Source of the DNA: a virus
Taxonomy: Duplodnaviria > Heunggongvirae > Uroviricota > Caudoviricetes
Length of the DNA stretch: 64,000 bases
Virus record (IMG/VR): IMGVR_UViG_2541047857_000014
Reading direction: 5' to 3' (one strand)
The notes beneath the pieces were generated by a model. The model was not told the DNA's origin. It saw only the letters and a program-made list of their open reading frames with translations, and did not search any database. The position numbers were made by a program, and so were the translations under genes. Numbering within the stretch: position 1 is the first letter of the stretch; each line of letters opens with the position of its first letter. Below are positions 27,693-37,821 of the stretch, piece after piece.

Positions 27693-29379
27693 CGCTACTC
27701 ACTATTAAATACTTTAATTTGCATCAAGAACAGCAGTGTCAGCCCTAGGTCTCGGACTTTGTACCGCTTATCTTGTCTTCAAAAATCAGCTCGCATCCTG
27801 CACAGTTCAGCGCATTACGTTGTAGATCTGTGTTCTGGTCATTTGTTGACACACGTACATAGCCAATAAGCATGGTAGATCTCCCTGACAAAAGCAGGAA
27901 TGATGCCATTTGCTCGTTATTTCTGCATTTTCATAAACGTTGGTTTGGGAGAAGCGGCTACACTGCATGTGGGCAACCGTGATCAACAAATCTCTGATAT
28001 ACCTTCCACGAGGTTGCCGGGTGGCAATGGAAATTTTGTGATTCGTCAACCTGACGGGCTACTCGTACAGATTGATCCGACAAATAAAAGCCCTCATTTG
28101 GGGATTGATGTTATTACTGACTATGATGATGGCATCGGAGTTGATAAAAGGTCTGCTGTTGCGTCAGCAACATTGCCATCTGTAGGTACTTTTAATGTGG
28201 TGCGAGTTATCCTCCCGGTAACAACAAGAGGTTCTGGTGCTAAATCCAGCAATACAGTAGGTTTATGAGCGACCACTGTTAGCACTACTGTCGGTGTCAG
28301 TGGTGATAAGTCCATTTCGGGTAAAGTCGCCATTCCACTCGACGATACCTTTCCATGCAATACTAGCTTCACAGATATCGTGATTGCAGGATAATAGTTA
28401 AAGCAGTATTAAATTCAGCCGTTATTACAAGTTTGGATGGGCAAGTAATCGTTCAAAACTATGAGGGTGAAGGACCGGTTTCTGTTTCCGTTATAGAAAA
28501 TTATATTGACGTATGTGTGGATATTCTGGGTTATCCCCCACTGGGTGCAGAAATTAGAGCTAACGCTGGTGGTCGGCTCTTATGGTTTGATTACCTACCC
28601 TCATGAAAAGATGTGCAAGTGTTGCCCGCTGAAATCAAATATAACACTGAAACGTGAGAAGTAAATACAAACACCAAACCGGGTCATTGGCCTGGCAATG
28701 CTACCACTAGTGGTCTGATAAGCCCAGAACAGAAATAAGATGATTAGTAACGGGATAACCTTAATGCGGTAGAACTTAGCGCTGCATCCGGTGCGCCAGA
28801 AACACAATGTCAGACACCTCCTGAAGCTGAAACCGCATGAAACGCGGCGCTGTAGCTGTAATTATTGGCGGCACCGCGTCTGATGCAGGCAGCAAAGACC
28901 TAAGCCAGCGCTTTTCTGCCTTCATTAGCCGCGGTGAGGCCTGCAAATACCAGTGAAGCACCGGGATTGATGCGATCGGAACATCAATAAGTGTCGGCCG
29001 TTCTACTTCTGCCGCACCGGATGTAGCGACATGTTCTAGCGCGGCCTGGGTCTCCCACCTCGCACTATACCACTTCACTTCCTGGCTTATCGGAGGACCA
29101 GTAGTAGCTTTGTCGGGCTAATCATGCGTTGCTGTGTTGTTTTTTACTTCTGAAATTTCGGAGTTTTATTCGATTTCAGCGGGCTACACCGGCACATCTT
29201 CCCAAGAATTTGGGGACTCAGTACAACCTAGAGCACAACCACTGTTATGGACACTTGGTTTATCTACTGAAGGATAAGCAAGAAAATGCTCATATGTTGC
29301 TATGGTTATATTAATAGTAGAATCATAAAGCCTACCCGCATCATCATAGTCTGAAACGGTTACATCCAGATAATAACTA

Positions 29380-30157
29380 TTAACTCCGCGACAATTGAAT
29401 ATTGATTTCACTATTACCGTCCACTGACGAACGATGAAAATGCGATATCTCGTGGAAAGGTATCAATGGGTGGTTCGTCCACTTTAAACACCATCGTCTG
29501 GTCACTACCGATGCCGACGGAAGAGCAAATCCTGGTTGCTTCAGACCCTGTTGTATTAGTAAATTTAGCACCATAGCCTCTCGTTGATCCCGAGGTGATA
29601 GCTCGCAGCACCTTATTAGTAAATACAGTTGGCTCTTTTGCTGTCGGCACATAACGCTTTTAAGCACCGGCGAGCGCATAAGCCTAACCACTCATTACAT
29701 TCACCCGCACAGCACCCATTTTATTTGCAGTAAACACCTGTGCCAGTAGCGGGTATTGTTCACGAGACACAGCCGCTCCATTGCCATCCGGAACCGCTCA
29801 GAACGATGTGTCTGAAAGTCGTGGAACCGGCTCACCAACAGGTAATGCAGAGCCTTCTCCCAAACCAAGGTTTTCGAGAGCCGTTTTCACCGTGCCGTCC
29901 GATTTGATATCGCTAAACGGATTCTTGCGGCTTAACAGCAGCGCACGAAGCGCGGTAAGCAGCTGGTCGTGCCGCGCCTTCTCCAGACTGGCACCGGATG
30001 CCTCCACCACGCTGCAGAGTTCTTCCTGCAACATGTCAAAGTAGTCATCATCCAGATCGGTGGCAGGCGTGCCTGTCTGGGGGTTACCACGGGTAAAACC
30101 GTTCTTACCCGCGCCGAACTTATCCTTCTGCGCGGTTTTCGTGTCTATACGATGCAT
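29380..30157 (-). pseudogene. tail fiber gene, N-terminal domain intact (29798-30157) but body disrupted
   Basis: [47 protein letters not shown] is the conserved tail-fiber N-terminus of Mu-like enterobacterial prophages; the ORF stops after 119 aa and continuation lies in other frames. Confidence 0.45.
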
Positions 30158-30160
30158 GGA

Positions 30161-30745
30161 TTACTCCGGATATTTAAAAATTACGTAGGTATGCGAAGGG
30201 CAGAGTTTGTTAAGCACACATTCGACGACGGTGTCGCCCCAGATACGCAGCGCGGAATCACAGGGATCGCCACATGTCATCCAGGTGCTGTTGGTGGCGG
30301 CTGGCATGTTGACCTGCCAGTAATACCGCCATTCCGGCGCATTCACCGCGTCAGTACAGGCCGATGAGCAGGTGAACGTGCTTTTGTCGTATCGCGTGAT
30401 GGTGGCGTCTGGTCTGCCCAGGGCAGCAAGCTGTGCAAGGTAAAAATCCTCATTGATGCCGCCCGCCAGGTTAACCTTCGCATCCAGTCGTTGCTGACGC
30501 TGGCGAAGGGTCTGTGTTCCTGCGGGAATACATTCATCCGGCAGGCCGCACAGACGCTCCCAGCGATTTATCAGTTCGGTGGTGGTGCGCGGATCCAGCT
30601 CCCGCATCAGGGCATCCGCACGCTGATGAACGCGGGTTAATGACTGTGCCGCACCGGCAATCGCCGGATCGCTGGCTGACCACGCCGGACCGGGCGGCAG
30701 CAGTGCCGACAACAGACGGATGTAATCATCGTTTGTCACGCCCAT
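30161..30745 (-). CDS. tail protein, DUF2313 (Mu gp48 / YmfQ-like)
   Basis: 194-aa ORF between baseplate J-like gene and tail fiber, as in Mu-type baseplate clusters. Confidence 0.65.
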   Translation of the reverse strand: MGVTNDDYIRLLSALLPPGPAWSASDPAIAGAAQSLTRVHQRADALMRELDPRTTTELINRWERLCGLPDECIPAGTQTLRQRQQRLDAKVNLAGGINEDFYLAQLAALGRPDATITRYDKSTFTCSSACTDAVNAPEWRYYWQVNMPAATNSTWMTCGDPCDSALRIWGDTVVECVLNKLCPSHTYVIFKYPE

Positions 30746-31794
30746 GAAATCGTCCCCAGAACCGCCAGTTCATTTTTTGCAATGGAGATATTTTCCGCCG
30801 GTGCAAGCAATTGATGGCTGTATTCCCCGTTCGCACCGGAAATCGCTTCACTGATACGCGACACCTTCAGTTCTCCCTGCGGATAACCATCACGCAGCAG
30901 GAACGAACGCAACTCCGCGGTGATGGCAGCCCGTATTTCCGGTGTATCCGGCGTCACACGGATATGAAAATCCACCGTATGCGCCACCGGCCTGAACACA
31001 TACAAATCAGAGCCTGCCACCGGGGCCAGTGGCCCGATATGTTGTCTTGCCGCCGTTTCCGTTGATTCTTCCGGAATGGGATTAATCAGGTCACTGCTGG
31101 CAATCATCACACCGACAGTCCCCGTTCCCATCCAGTGACGGTATGCCCATGCGCGGGTAATGCCGGGCAATTCTTTAGCCCAGACAACATAGTCCCCGTC
31201 AGCCCCGCCCTGAGGCGTCCAGTAATACCGCTCAATGACGCGGGCGCGCCACGTTTCCAGCTCTTCAGTATCAAATCCACCTGTCAGAGTGTCTGCCACG
31301 CCGGAAGACGGCAGACCATTAACCGGCGTGACCAGGATTAATGACGTACCGTCGTCAGCGTTACCGACCGCGCCTGCACTTGAGCAGGCGATCGGCACGC
31401 GCAGGACACCACCGGCGCTGGTTGCATCGGCAGTTGCCGTGTACTGAATCAGGTCATCGCGCTGAATAACACTCCCGGCGGTCACCTTCAGGCCATCGCT
31501 GACGCCTTCCCAGCGCATATACCCGCTGGCAGTCGTGGCCCCCTTGCGCGGACACCGTTTCATCGCAGCATGTCGCGCCAGCCAGGACTCATCGCACAGG
31601 TCAGGCAGCATGTTCATTGCCAGATAATCGATGTACCCGTAAACCGTATGCAGCGCCGCCGCATACACCTTTGCCCGCACGTCTTCATCCATGCGCCGGA
31701 GCGTGTCGCTGACGTCCAGCCTGGCGAATAAATCGTTACGGAGCATACTGATATTTTCTGCCAGCGTCGGGCGCTGAAATTCACTGTCCGCCAT
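30736..31794 (-). CDS. baseplate J-like protein (Mu gp47-like)
   Basis: 352-aa ORF in baseplate cluster; size and order consistent. Confidence 0.7.
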   Translation of the reverse strand: MADSEFQRPTLAENISMLRNDLFARLDVSDTLRRMDEDVRAKVYAAALHTVYGYIDYLAMNMLPDLCDESWLARHAAMKRCPRKGATTASGYMRWEGVSDGLKVTAGSVIQRDDLIQYTATADATSAGGVLRVPIACSSAGAVGNADDGTSLILVTPVNGLPSSGVADTLTGGFDTEELETWRARVIERYYWTPQGGADGDYVVWAKELPGITRAWAYRHWMGTGTVGVMIASSDLINPIPEESTETAARQHIGPLAPVAGSDLYVFRPVAHTVDFHIRVTPDTPEIRAAITAELRSFLLRDGYPQGELKVSRISEAISGANGEYSHQLLAPAENISIAKNELAVLGTISWA

Positions 31795-32209
31795 GCGTTA
31801 TCGCACTCCACAGATCATCTAAAGAAATCATTACCGGTCCGTCACGACGCCAGAGAGTGATACTGTTACCCAGTTCATTAATCCCGGTGCGGAGGATATC
31901 CAGATCAATACGGGACACCACGCCGTCATCAATCATCCATTGCAGGCATTCGCGGATATACCCCCTTACCGTCTGCACCAGCTGATTGGTCAGTTTGCTG
32001 CGCTGAAGCAGCCACAGTCGGGAGCCGTAACGGTCATTCTGTACCGCAGGCCAGGTATCCCCCCACCATCCCATCGGGACGTCGGCGTTGTCATCAGGCT
32101 CCGCCCGCCGCCAGGTAAACAGGGAAATCACCACGGCGCGGGTCAGCGGATCCAGCGGTGCGCTGGCGCAGGTGCGTTTACCGTTCACCGTCAGCCACAG
32201 TTCCATCAT
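31781..32209 (-). CDS. baseplate protein (Mu gp46-like)
   Basis: 142-aa ORF between spike and J-like genes. Confidence 0.6.
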   Translation of the reverse strand: MMELWLTVNGKRTCASAPLDPLTRAVVISLFTWRRAEPDDNADVPMGWWGDTWPAVQNDRYGSRLWLLQRSKLTNQLVQTVRGYIRECLQWMIDDGVVSRIDLDILRTGINELGNSITLWRRDGPVMISLDDLWSAITHGGQ

Positions 32210-32754
32210 GCCTCCATCGCTTTATCAGGTTTGTCGGTGTTACTGCCCTGACCGTTCTCTCTGTGACGATGCCCGTTATAGGCAAGCCGCATCGCTGACA
32301 TGGTGGTGCCGCTGGAGTCGCACAGGTCTTTCACCTGTCCTGTCACTTCCAGGTCCATTTCAAAACGTGCTTCAGGTGCATTGCGAAACGTGATCGTTTT
32401 ACCTGCACCGTCCACCACGATCCCCTCCCGGGTCAGCGTCACAGACTGCCCCTGATCGTCATAGACCGCCACCTCACCCGTCTGCAGCCCTTTCAGGCGG
32501 TAGCGCCGGTCCGACACCGTAACAACCACCGCATGAGAACGGTCACCATCCGGAAACAACACCACCGCTTCCGCACCGCTGTTTGCCCTTGCGGTAAAAC
32601 CGTAGGGTTCAAGATGTTCAACCCCGGCTTTGGGTTCACCGGCAATCAGGGACACATCCACGGTCTGACATTTCGTGGCGGCACTGATGCTTTTCACCAC
32701 TGCCCGCCCAATCAGGCCGAGGAGTTGTCGCTGCATGGCTTCAATCGTACTCAT
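32206..32754 (-). CDS. baseplate spike/assembly protein (gpV-like, Mu gp45-like)
   Basis: 182-aa ORF with beta-rich content similar to gpV-type spikes. Confidence 0.65.
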   Translation of the reverse strand: MSTIEAMQRQLLGLIGRAVVKSISAATKCQTVDVSLIAGEPKAGVEHLEPYGFTARANSGAEAVVLFPDGDRSHAVVVTVSDRRYRLKGLQTGEVAVYDDQGQSVTLTREGIVVDGAGKTITFRNAPEARFEMDLEVTGQVKDLCDSSGTTMSAMRLAYNGHRHRENGQGSNTDKPDKAMEA

Positions 32755-33833
32755 CAGAACGGGTCCTCCTGTACTCTGGCTTTTTTCTTTTTCCGCGCGC
32801 CGGGGGCTTCGGGTTCAGGCAGATAAGCATCAGGTGGGCCGACACGGATTTCCGTCAGGGTGCCGTTCTGGTCCTGAGTAAACGTGACTTCCGAGACAAG
32901 CAGTTCGGTATTGTCGAAACCACAGACCGGATCGAAGACAATCACCCGCTGGTTGGGCTGCCACAGCGTACCGTTACCCTGTCGCCAGCCCTGCACCACA
33001 TAGGTGGTTTCATCCGTCCGCGCCGCCCGTTGTCGGGCTTCAAAGTCAGCACGCGCAATACAGCCTGCCCCCGTAGCCTGCCCTGTCTGCCTGATATACA
33101 TCGGACGGTAACGGGCAATAAATGCGTCCTCTGTGCGGGCCCGCAGCGCGCTGGTGGTGGCCTCACCGAAATCATCGTCGTTTCCAGCACGCTGCCCCGC
33201 CACCTGGTAAACAGAAAACCGCTCCCGGATACTCTTCTCCGTATCGCAGGAAAGGATGTTTTCCCCGAGTACCAGCGCAGTATGTGCCCGCGTTGAGCCA
33301 ATACCGCCAATCACCAGCCTGCCGTGTGGGTCGTCGTAAGCCAGTGCCTGCTGCTGACCGAGTATTTTGTTGATTACCTCAATCACCGTTTCACCGTGAT
33401 CGGGCTGGACGTCAGGAATAACACCCGACGGCGCACCGTTGTTCACCACCTCAATGCCGAAAGGCGCAGCAAGCGCCTGCGCAATCTGTACCAGCGATCG
33501 TCCGTTAAACTGTGTCGGTTCGGCTGCACAGTCAATCAGGTCAGCGGTCAGACTGCGTCCGGCAATACCGGTGCTGACCGAACGGGCATCGTAACGAACG
33601 GGCGTCGCCTCCACCCAGCCGGTGATCACCAGCTCATCACCAATCAGCACCTCCACTTTTGAACCGTTTTTAATGCGCGGCTGAAGCGTGGTGATACCCT
33701 CATCACCCGGCCACTGGCGGGTGATCTCCACACTGAAATCCCGCGCCAGCCGTTCAATACCGGCACCGATGCGCACCGATGTCCAGCCATTCCACTCCCG
33801 GCCATTTACCCGTAGCGTGACGTTATCGTTCAT
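32754..33833 (-). CDS. baseplate hub / late control D-like protein (Mu gp44-like)
   Basis: 359-aa ORF downstream of DNA circulation gene. Confidence 0.65.
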   Translation of the reverse strand: MNDNVTLRVNGREWNGWTSVRIGAGIERLARDFSVEITRQWPGDEGITTLQPRIKNGSKVEVLIGDELVITGWVEATPVRYDARSVSTGIAGRSLTADLIDCAAEPTQFNGRSLVQIAQALAAPFGIEVVNNGAPSGVIPDVQPDHGETVIEVINKILGQQQALAYDDPHGRLVIGGIGSTRAHTALVLGENILSCDTEKSIRERFSVYQVAGQRAGNDDDFGEATTSALRARTEDAFIARYRPMYIRQTGQATGAGCIARADFEARQRAARTDETTYVVQGWRQGNGTLWQPNQRVIVFDPVCGFDNTELLVSEVTFTQDQNGTLTEIRVGPPDAYLPEPEAPGARKKKKARVQEDPF

Positions 33834-35200
33834 TGCACTGGCACCTTCAGAGGGATCACCGGCACAAAGCCGGGATGCGTAATGGCATTACGCCGGATAA
33901 TGTCCGCGTCACGCGCCGCGTTATCAAACCAGGTCGCCGCCAGCACCAGCGCGGGTAAAACCTCATCCGGTGTGCGCTGAATGATCCGTGCAGACTGTTC
34001 AAGGCGCGTGTTGATATCCGCATTCAGATCTGCTTTCACCCGGCGCAGCGCCAGAAACAGCACATCACTGGTTGTACGGGACAACTCCTTATCAATTGCC
34101 GTATTCAGTGTGTCGCGAATGTCGGTCAGTTCTTCCCACGTTGGCAGGTCAACCGTGTTTTTCACCGCCGGTGCATTGTTCAGTGCCGGATGCGTGACAG
34201 AAGGCCAGCCGGTGCTCTGCGCGGGTGTTGTTGACTGCCCCACTGTGGCATTCTGCATCACCGCGGAAGTTGTGGGCGCAGGCAATCGTGTGACGGCATA
34301 CGCCGCTTCGCTGATTGCGGTCGTACGAAGGGTGCTGGCAACCACGTTACGCTGCTGCGTCGCCGTGGCGGTGGTTTTACTGTCCGTTTTCCAGACGCCG
34401 CGCGGTTGCAGATCGCTGCCGAGGCTGACACCGGAAAGCGTTTTGATCATGGTGACCAGGTCGCTGGCGTTACCATAAAGGCGTTTCCCGGTACGCCACA
34501 TTTTCTGCACCTGCTCAACGAAATTTTTGCCTGACGATGGCGGCGGCAGAAGTACCGAGATATCCCCCTGCAACAGCCTGGCGGCATCCGATACGGCAGA
34601 ATCCACCACTTTCATCGCATCAGAAACATACCCAAGCATTGTGCTGGCATTACCGACGACGTCGTTCTGCACAAAATCTGCCACGCCATCGATACTGAAA
34701 CCACTGAAGCTGTCACTGATGCAGTCATCCAGTGCAGAACAGGATGACATCAGCGTCTGCGCCGTCGCCGCACCTGAAGTGGGGTAAGAGAGTTCTCCCG
34801 CTTCGACAAACTTCAGGTCAAAGCGGACAATACGCCCTTCACTCTTCGATGTGCTGACCCGAACTTCCCCGTCAACACAGACTTTCAGCTCACCGTAAGT
34901 CGGATGGACAAGCGTGCCGGGACCGGGTTTATTCAGCGCGTCAATCAGGCGATCGCGCTGGTCAAAGCAGTCATCTCCCACCACATAAGCTGTGATGGAC
35001 GGGCGGAAAGTGATTTTCCCCAGGTCTTCGGTATAGGGTTTGTCGCGGTTCGGGTATTCGTGCGTTTCCACACGACGACCGGTTCCCGCACTTTCTTCTT
35101 CAACCTTAAACGGCACACCGCGAAATGACGCGTCCTGAAGTCTGTCTTTCCACGTCATATAAACTCCGTACATAAAAAATCCCACCGGAGTGGGACTCAT
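33830..35200 (-). CDS. DNA circulation protein N-like tail protein (Mu gp43-like)
   Basis: 456-aa ORF immediately downstream of tape measure; N-terminus WKDRLQDASFRGVPFKVEE...THEYP typical of this family. Confidence 0.7.
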   Translation of the reverse strand: MSPTPVGFFMYGVYMTWKDRLQDASFRGVPFKVEEESAGTGRRVETHEYPNRDKPYTEDLGKITFRPSITAYVVGDDCFDQRDRLIDALNKPGPGTLVHPTYGELKVCVDGEVRVSTSKSEGRIVRFDLKFVEAGELSYPTSGAATAQTLMSSCSALDDCISDSFSGFSIDGVADFVQNDVVGNASTMLGYVSDAMKVVDSAVSDAARLLQGDISVLLPPPSSGKNFVEQVQKMWRTGKRLYGNASDLVTMIKTLSGVSLGSDLQPRGVWKTDSKTTATATQQRNVVASTLRTTAISEAAYAVTRLPAPTTSAVMQNATVGQSTTPAQSTGWPSVTHPALNNAPAVKNTVDLPTWEELTDIRDTLNTAIDKELSRTTSDVLFLALRRVKADLNADINTRLEQSARIIQRTPDEVLPALVLAATWFDNAARDADIIRRNAITHPGFVPVIPLKVPVQ

Positions 35201-35218
35201 TAACAGATTAATTTTTCA

Positions 35219-37054
35219 TTACCTGCCAAAGCGCGTATAGCCAACATCATGGCTGACATCAAAACCGCTGGATCGCGTTTCCATAACCCGCATACCCGGA
35301 GGTGAATTCACAAAAGAGACCTTGATCTCACCATCAACTTTTGGCGCAGAAGCTTTGTTAATCATGAAGGGATTCGGGCCTGTGGCACCGGAGGCGTTGT
35401 TTGACTGAGCCGGATCCACCGCCTGATAAGGTGTGTATCCCCGTGCCGGTATTCCCGTCCCATAAGCATCATAAGCACCCGCGCCCCACTGCGCAGAGTT
35501 AATGGCATCGACCGTGTCACCGGAACTGTCGGTAAACCACTCAATAATTGGCTTCAGCTTGTCCCACATATCCTGAAACCACTTAACAACCGGTCCCCAG
35601 TTATTGATTACCATCCCCAGCGGCGACCAGGCAAAAACCTTCTTCAGAAGTTCCCGGCCAGCCTCAAAATAAGGACCAATGGTTTCCCAGAGCTTCTTGA
35701 AATAAGGTCCGACAACATCCCAGTTAGTGATAATTAATCCCGCAGCCAGGGCTATCGCCGTCGCAATCATGCCAATCGGCGTCATCGACATGATCCTGCT
35801 GACAATACTGATGGCACCGCCAACGCCCATCAATCCCAGTTTCAGAATCGCAAGACCGGCAGCAAGCCCGACGACGCCGCGAATAACCCGGGGATTTTCA
35901 TCCGCAAACTTCGTGAATTTCTCCCCCAACTCCCCCAGCCATTGCGTGATATTTTTAGCGTCACCAGAAAATGCGCCGCCAATAGCCGCAAGGCCGTTAG
36001 TTGCGGTCCCTGTCATTGCCTCCCACAGGTTGGACAGCGTACCAAGCTGTGCCTGAACACGTTTATTCAGACTGGCCTGTTTATTCATCTTCTGCTGGAT
36101 CTGGTCGTAGCCATCCTTTCCTTTATCGATTAGTGCATTGACCACCTGAAGGGTTTCGGCATCATCACCAAATATTGCCTTAAGTACACCAGTTCGCTTA
36201 ACGTCGGTCAGTTTTCGCAGCTTTGCCAGTTGCCTGAACATGTTATCAAGACCGCCAAAACTCCCTTTGCCGTCAGTAAAATCGAGCTGTACCCCGAGTT
36301 TCTGGCGGGCCATGACTTTATTGACGTCCCTGATTTTCTTAACGCTTAATCCGGACTGGATAACTTTTCGCAGGGCGTTACCTGCCGACTCCCCGTTCAT
36401 CCCCATCTGATCCATCATGACGCTGATGGGGGCAAGGCTCTGTGCAGCCTGAAGACCGTCCTTGTTCACCATCTTCAGAACAGAGCTGGTTTTAGTGAAG
36501 AAGGACAACATGTTGGTATCGTCAACGCCCAGATAAAACGCCTTCTGGATAGTGTCGAACAGCCCCATCATGTCTTCTGACGCCGTTCCGGTAGCATCCT
36601 GCATCTTTGCGGCAAACTCGGCAGCCGCTTCCGGTGTTTTTTTCAGTTGTACCGCAAGATAAGCTGTCGCTTTACCCACACCGCCAAGAATGTTTTCTGC
36701 CGGGATCCCCTGACGCACCAGCATCTGCATCATGTTCTGGAAATCAGCCGTTGTACCGGGTAGCTGGTTACCCAGACCAATAGCCAGTTTATTGATGTCC
36801 TGAAAGCGCTTTCCGACCTCACCGTTCGCATCCATCATGGCAACTTTCAGCCCGGTGGCGGCGTTTTCCTGATCGGCATAAGATTTCAGGGAAAGCGTCA
36901 GACCCGCAGCCAGTCCGCCACCAAGCGCCAGCCCACCCTGTGACGCTTCTTCCGCCTGGCGTTTAAATCCCCGGATTTTCTTTTGCATTTTCGACAGCGC
37001 GGGAGAAAGCCTGTCGACACCGGTGATCAACGCCTTAAGCTCAAATTCAGCCAT
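35219..37054 (-). CDS. tail tape measure protein
   Basis: 611-aa ORF, Ala/Gly/Met-rich with hydrophobic C-terminal half, preceded by frameshifted chaperone genes. Confidence 0.85.
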   Translation of the reverse strand: MAEFELKALITGVDRLSPALSKMQKKIRGFKRQAEEASQGGLALGGGLAAGLTLSLKSYADQENAATGLKVAMMDANGEVGKRFQDINKLAIGLGNQLPGTTADFQNMMQMLVRQGIPAENILGGVGKATAYLAVQLKKTPEAAAEFAAKMQDATGTASEDMMGLFDTIQKAFYLGVDDTNMLSFFTKTSSVLKMVNKDGLQAAQSLAPISVMMDQMGMNGESAGNALRKVIQSGLSVKKIRDVNKVMARQKLGVQLDFTDGKGSFGGLDNMFRQLAKLRKLTDVKRTGVLKAIFGDDAETLQVVNALIDKGKDGYDQIQQKMNKQASLNKRVQAQLGTLSNLWEAMTGTATNGLAAIGGAFSGDAKNITQWLGELGEKFTKFADENPRVIRGVVGLAAGLAILKLGLMGVGGAISIVSRIMSMTPIGMIATAIALAAGLIITNWDVVGPYFKKLWETIGPYFEAGRELLKKVFAWSPLGMVINNWGPVVKWFQDMWDKLKPIIEWFTDSSGDTVDAINSAQWGAGAYDAYGTGIPARGYTPYQAVDPAQSNNASGATGPNPFMINKASAPKVDGEIKVSFVNSPPGMRVMETRSSGFDVSHDVGYTRFGR

Positions 37055-37229
37055 GTGTGCGTTTCTCCTGCTCTATCCTGTTTGCCTGACTGACCAGCAA
37101 GGGAATTTCACTGATCGGCATATTCAGCAATTCGAAGGGATTAATGCGCCAGTAGCTGGCGCAGTCAAAGAAGCGATCAGTGAGGTATTCAGCCGTCAGG
37201 CCTGGAGGAAAAAACCAGCCACAAGCCAC
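37047..37229 (-). CDS. tail assembly chaperone -1 frame extension (expressed as fusion by programmed frameshift)
   Basis: Overlaps the end of the upstream chaperone ORF in the -1 frame; slippery heptamer T-TTT-TTC at the overlap. Confidence 0.55.
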   Translation of the reverse strand: MACGWFFPPGLTAEYLTDRFFDCASYWRINPFELLNMPISEIPLLVSQANRIEQEKRTHG

Positions 37230-37465
37230 GCCGCAGCATTCAGGTCTGCCGGAGACATCTGGTCGACAGAGTTTTGCGGCACTTTCGCCAGCCGCACAAT
37301 GTATTTCGATACCACATGCGCCAGAAGTCTGACGGACTCATCCTGATTCATCTGGTAGGGATACCCCAGCTCGCGGACATCTTTCCCGGTGGGCTCATCA
37401 AACTCCAGTACGGAGAGTGTCTCGCCATGAGCGGTAATCGGTTTCTTTAACTCAAGCTCTTTCAT
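37196..37465 (-). CDS. tail assembly chaperone (lambda G / Mu gp41 analogue)
   Basis: 89-aa ORF between tail tube and tape measure; ends in GGT TTT TTC CTC. Confidence 0.65.
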   Translation of the reverse strand: MKELELKKPITAHGETLSVLEFDEPTGKDVRELGYPYQMNQDESVRLLAHVVSKYIVRLAKVPQNSVDQMSPADLNAAAWLVAGFFLQA

Positions 37466-37821
37466 TACTGGTAATCCCCTTCTTCACCGTGGAACTCAAG
37501 ATCAACCGTCCCTTCTTCGGCATTATGGTTCGCTTCGCCGTGCAGCCAGGCAGACGACAGTACATAGACCTGACCGTTCGCCAGCTCGGCAGTGATGGTC
37601 ATCTCATCAGACGAGGTGATTTTGCTCACCGGAAAATTCTTCGGCACCTTGAAGGTCCCTTTAACATAAGGCGCACGGTGAGTTTCCTTGCGGTCCACTG
37701 AACCGTCCAGGCCGATGATGTCATCATTGACCGTCCTGTTCATGGGCACCTCAATGCCGCCGGTCAGCGATAGCTGCTGACCGTCAATTTTGAAATAACA
37801 GGTTCCCCCGATACGGGCCAT
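37465..37821 (-). CDS. tail tube protein
   Basis: 118-aa ORF directly downstream of sheath gene. Confidence 0.7.
   Translation of the reverse strand: MARIGGTCYFKIDGQQLSLTGGIEVPMNRTVNDDIIGLDGSVDRKETHRAPYVKGTFKVPKNFPVSKITSSDEMTITAELANGQVYVLSSAWLHGEANHNAEEGTVDLEFHGEEGDYQ

Noticed and set aside
27900-28268. 122-aa plus-strand ORF as a fimbrial or adhesin gene
   Set aside because: No signal peptide or start context; it sits in a region of fragmented frames next to the broken tail fiber gene and is more likely a remnant.
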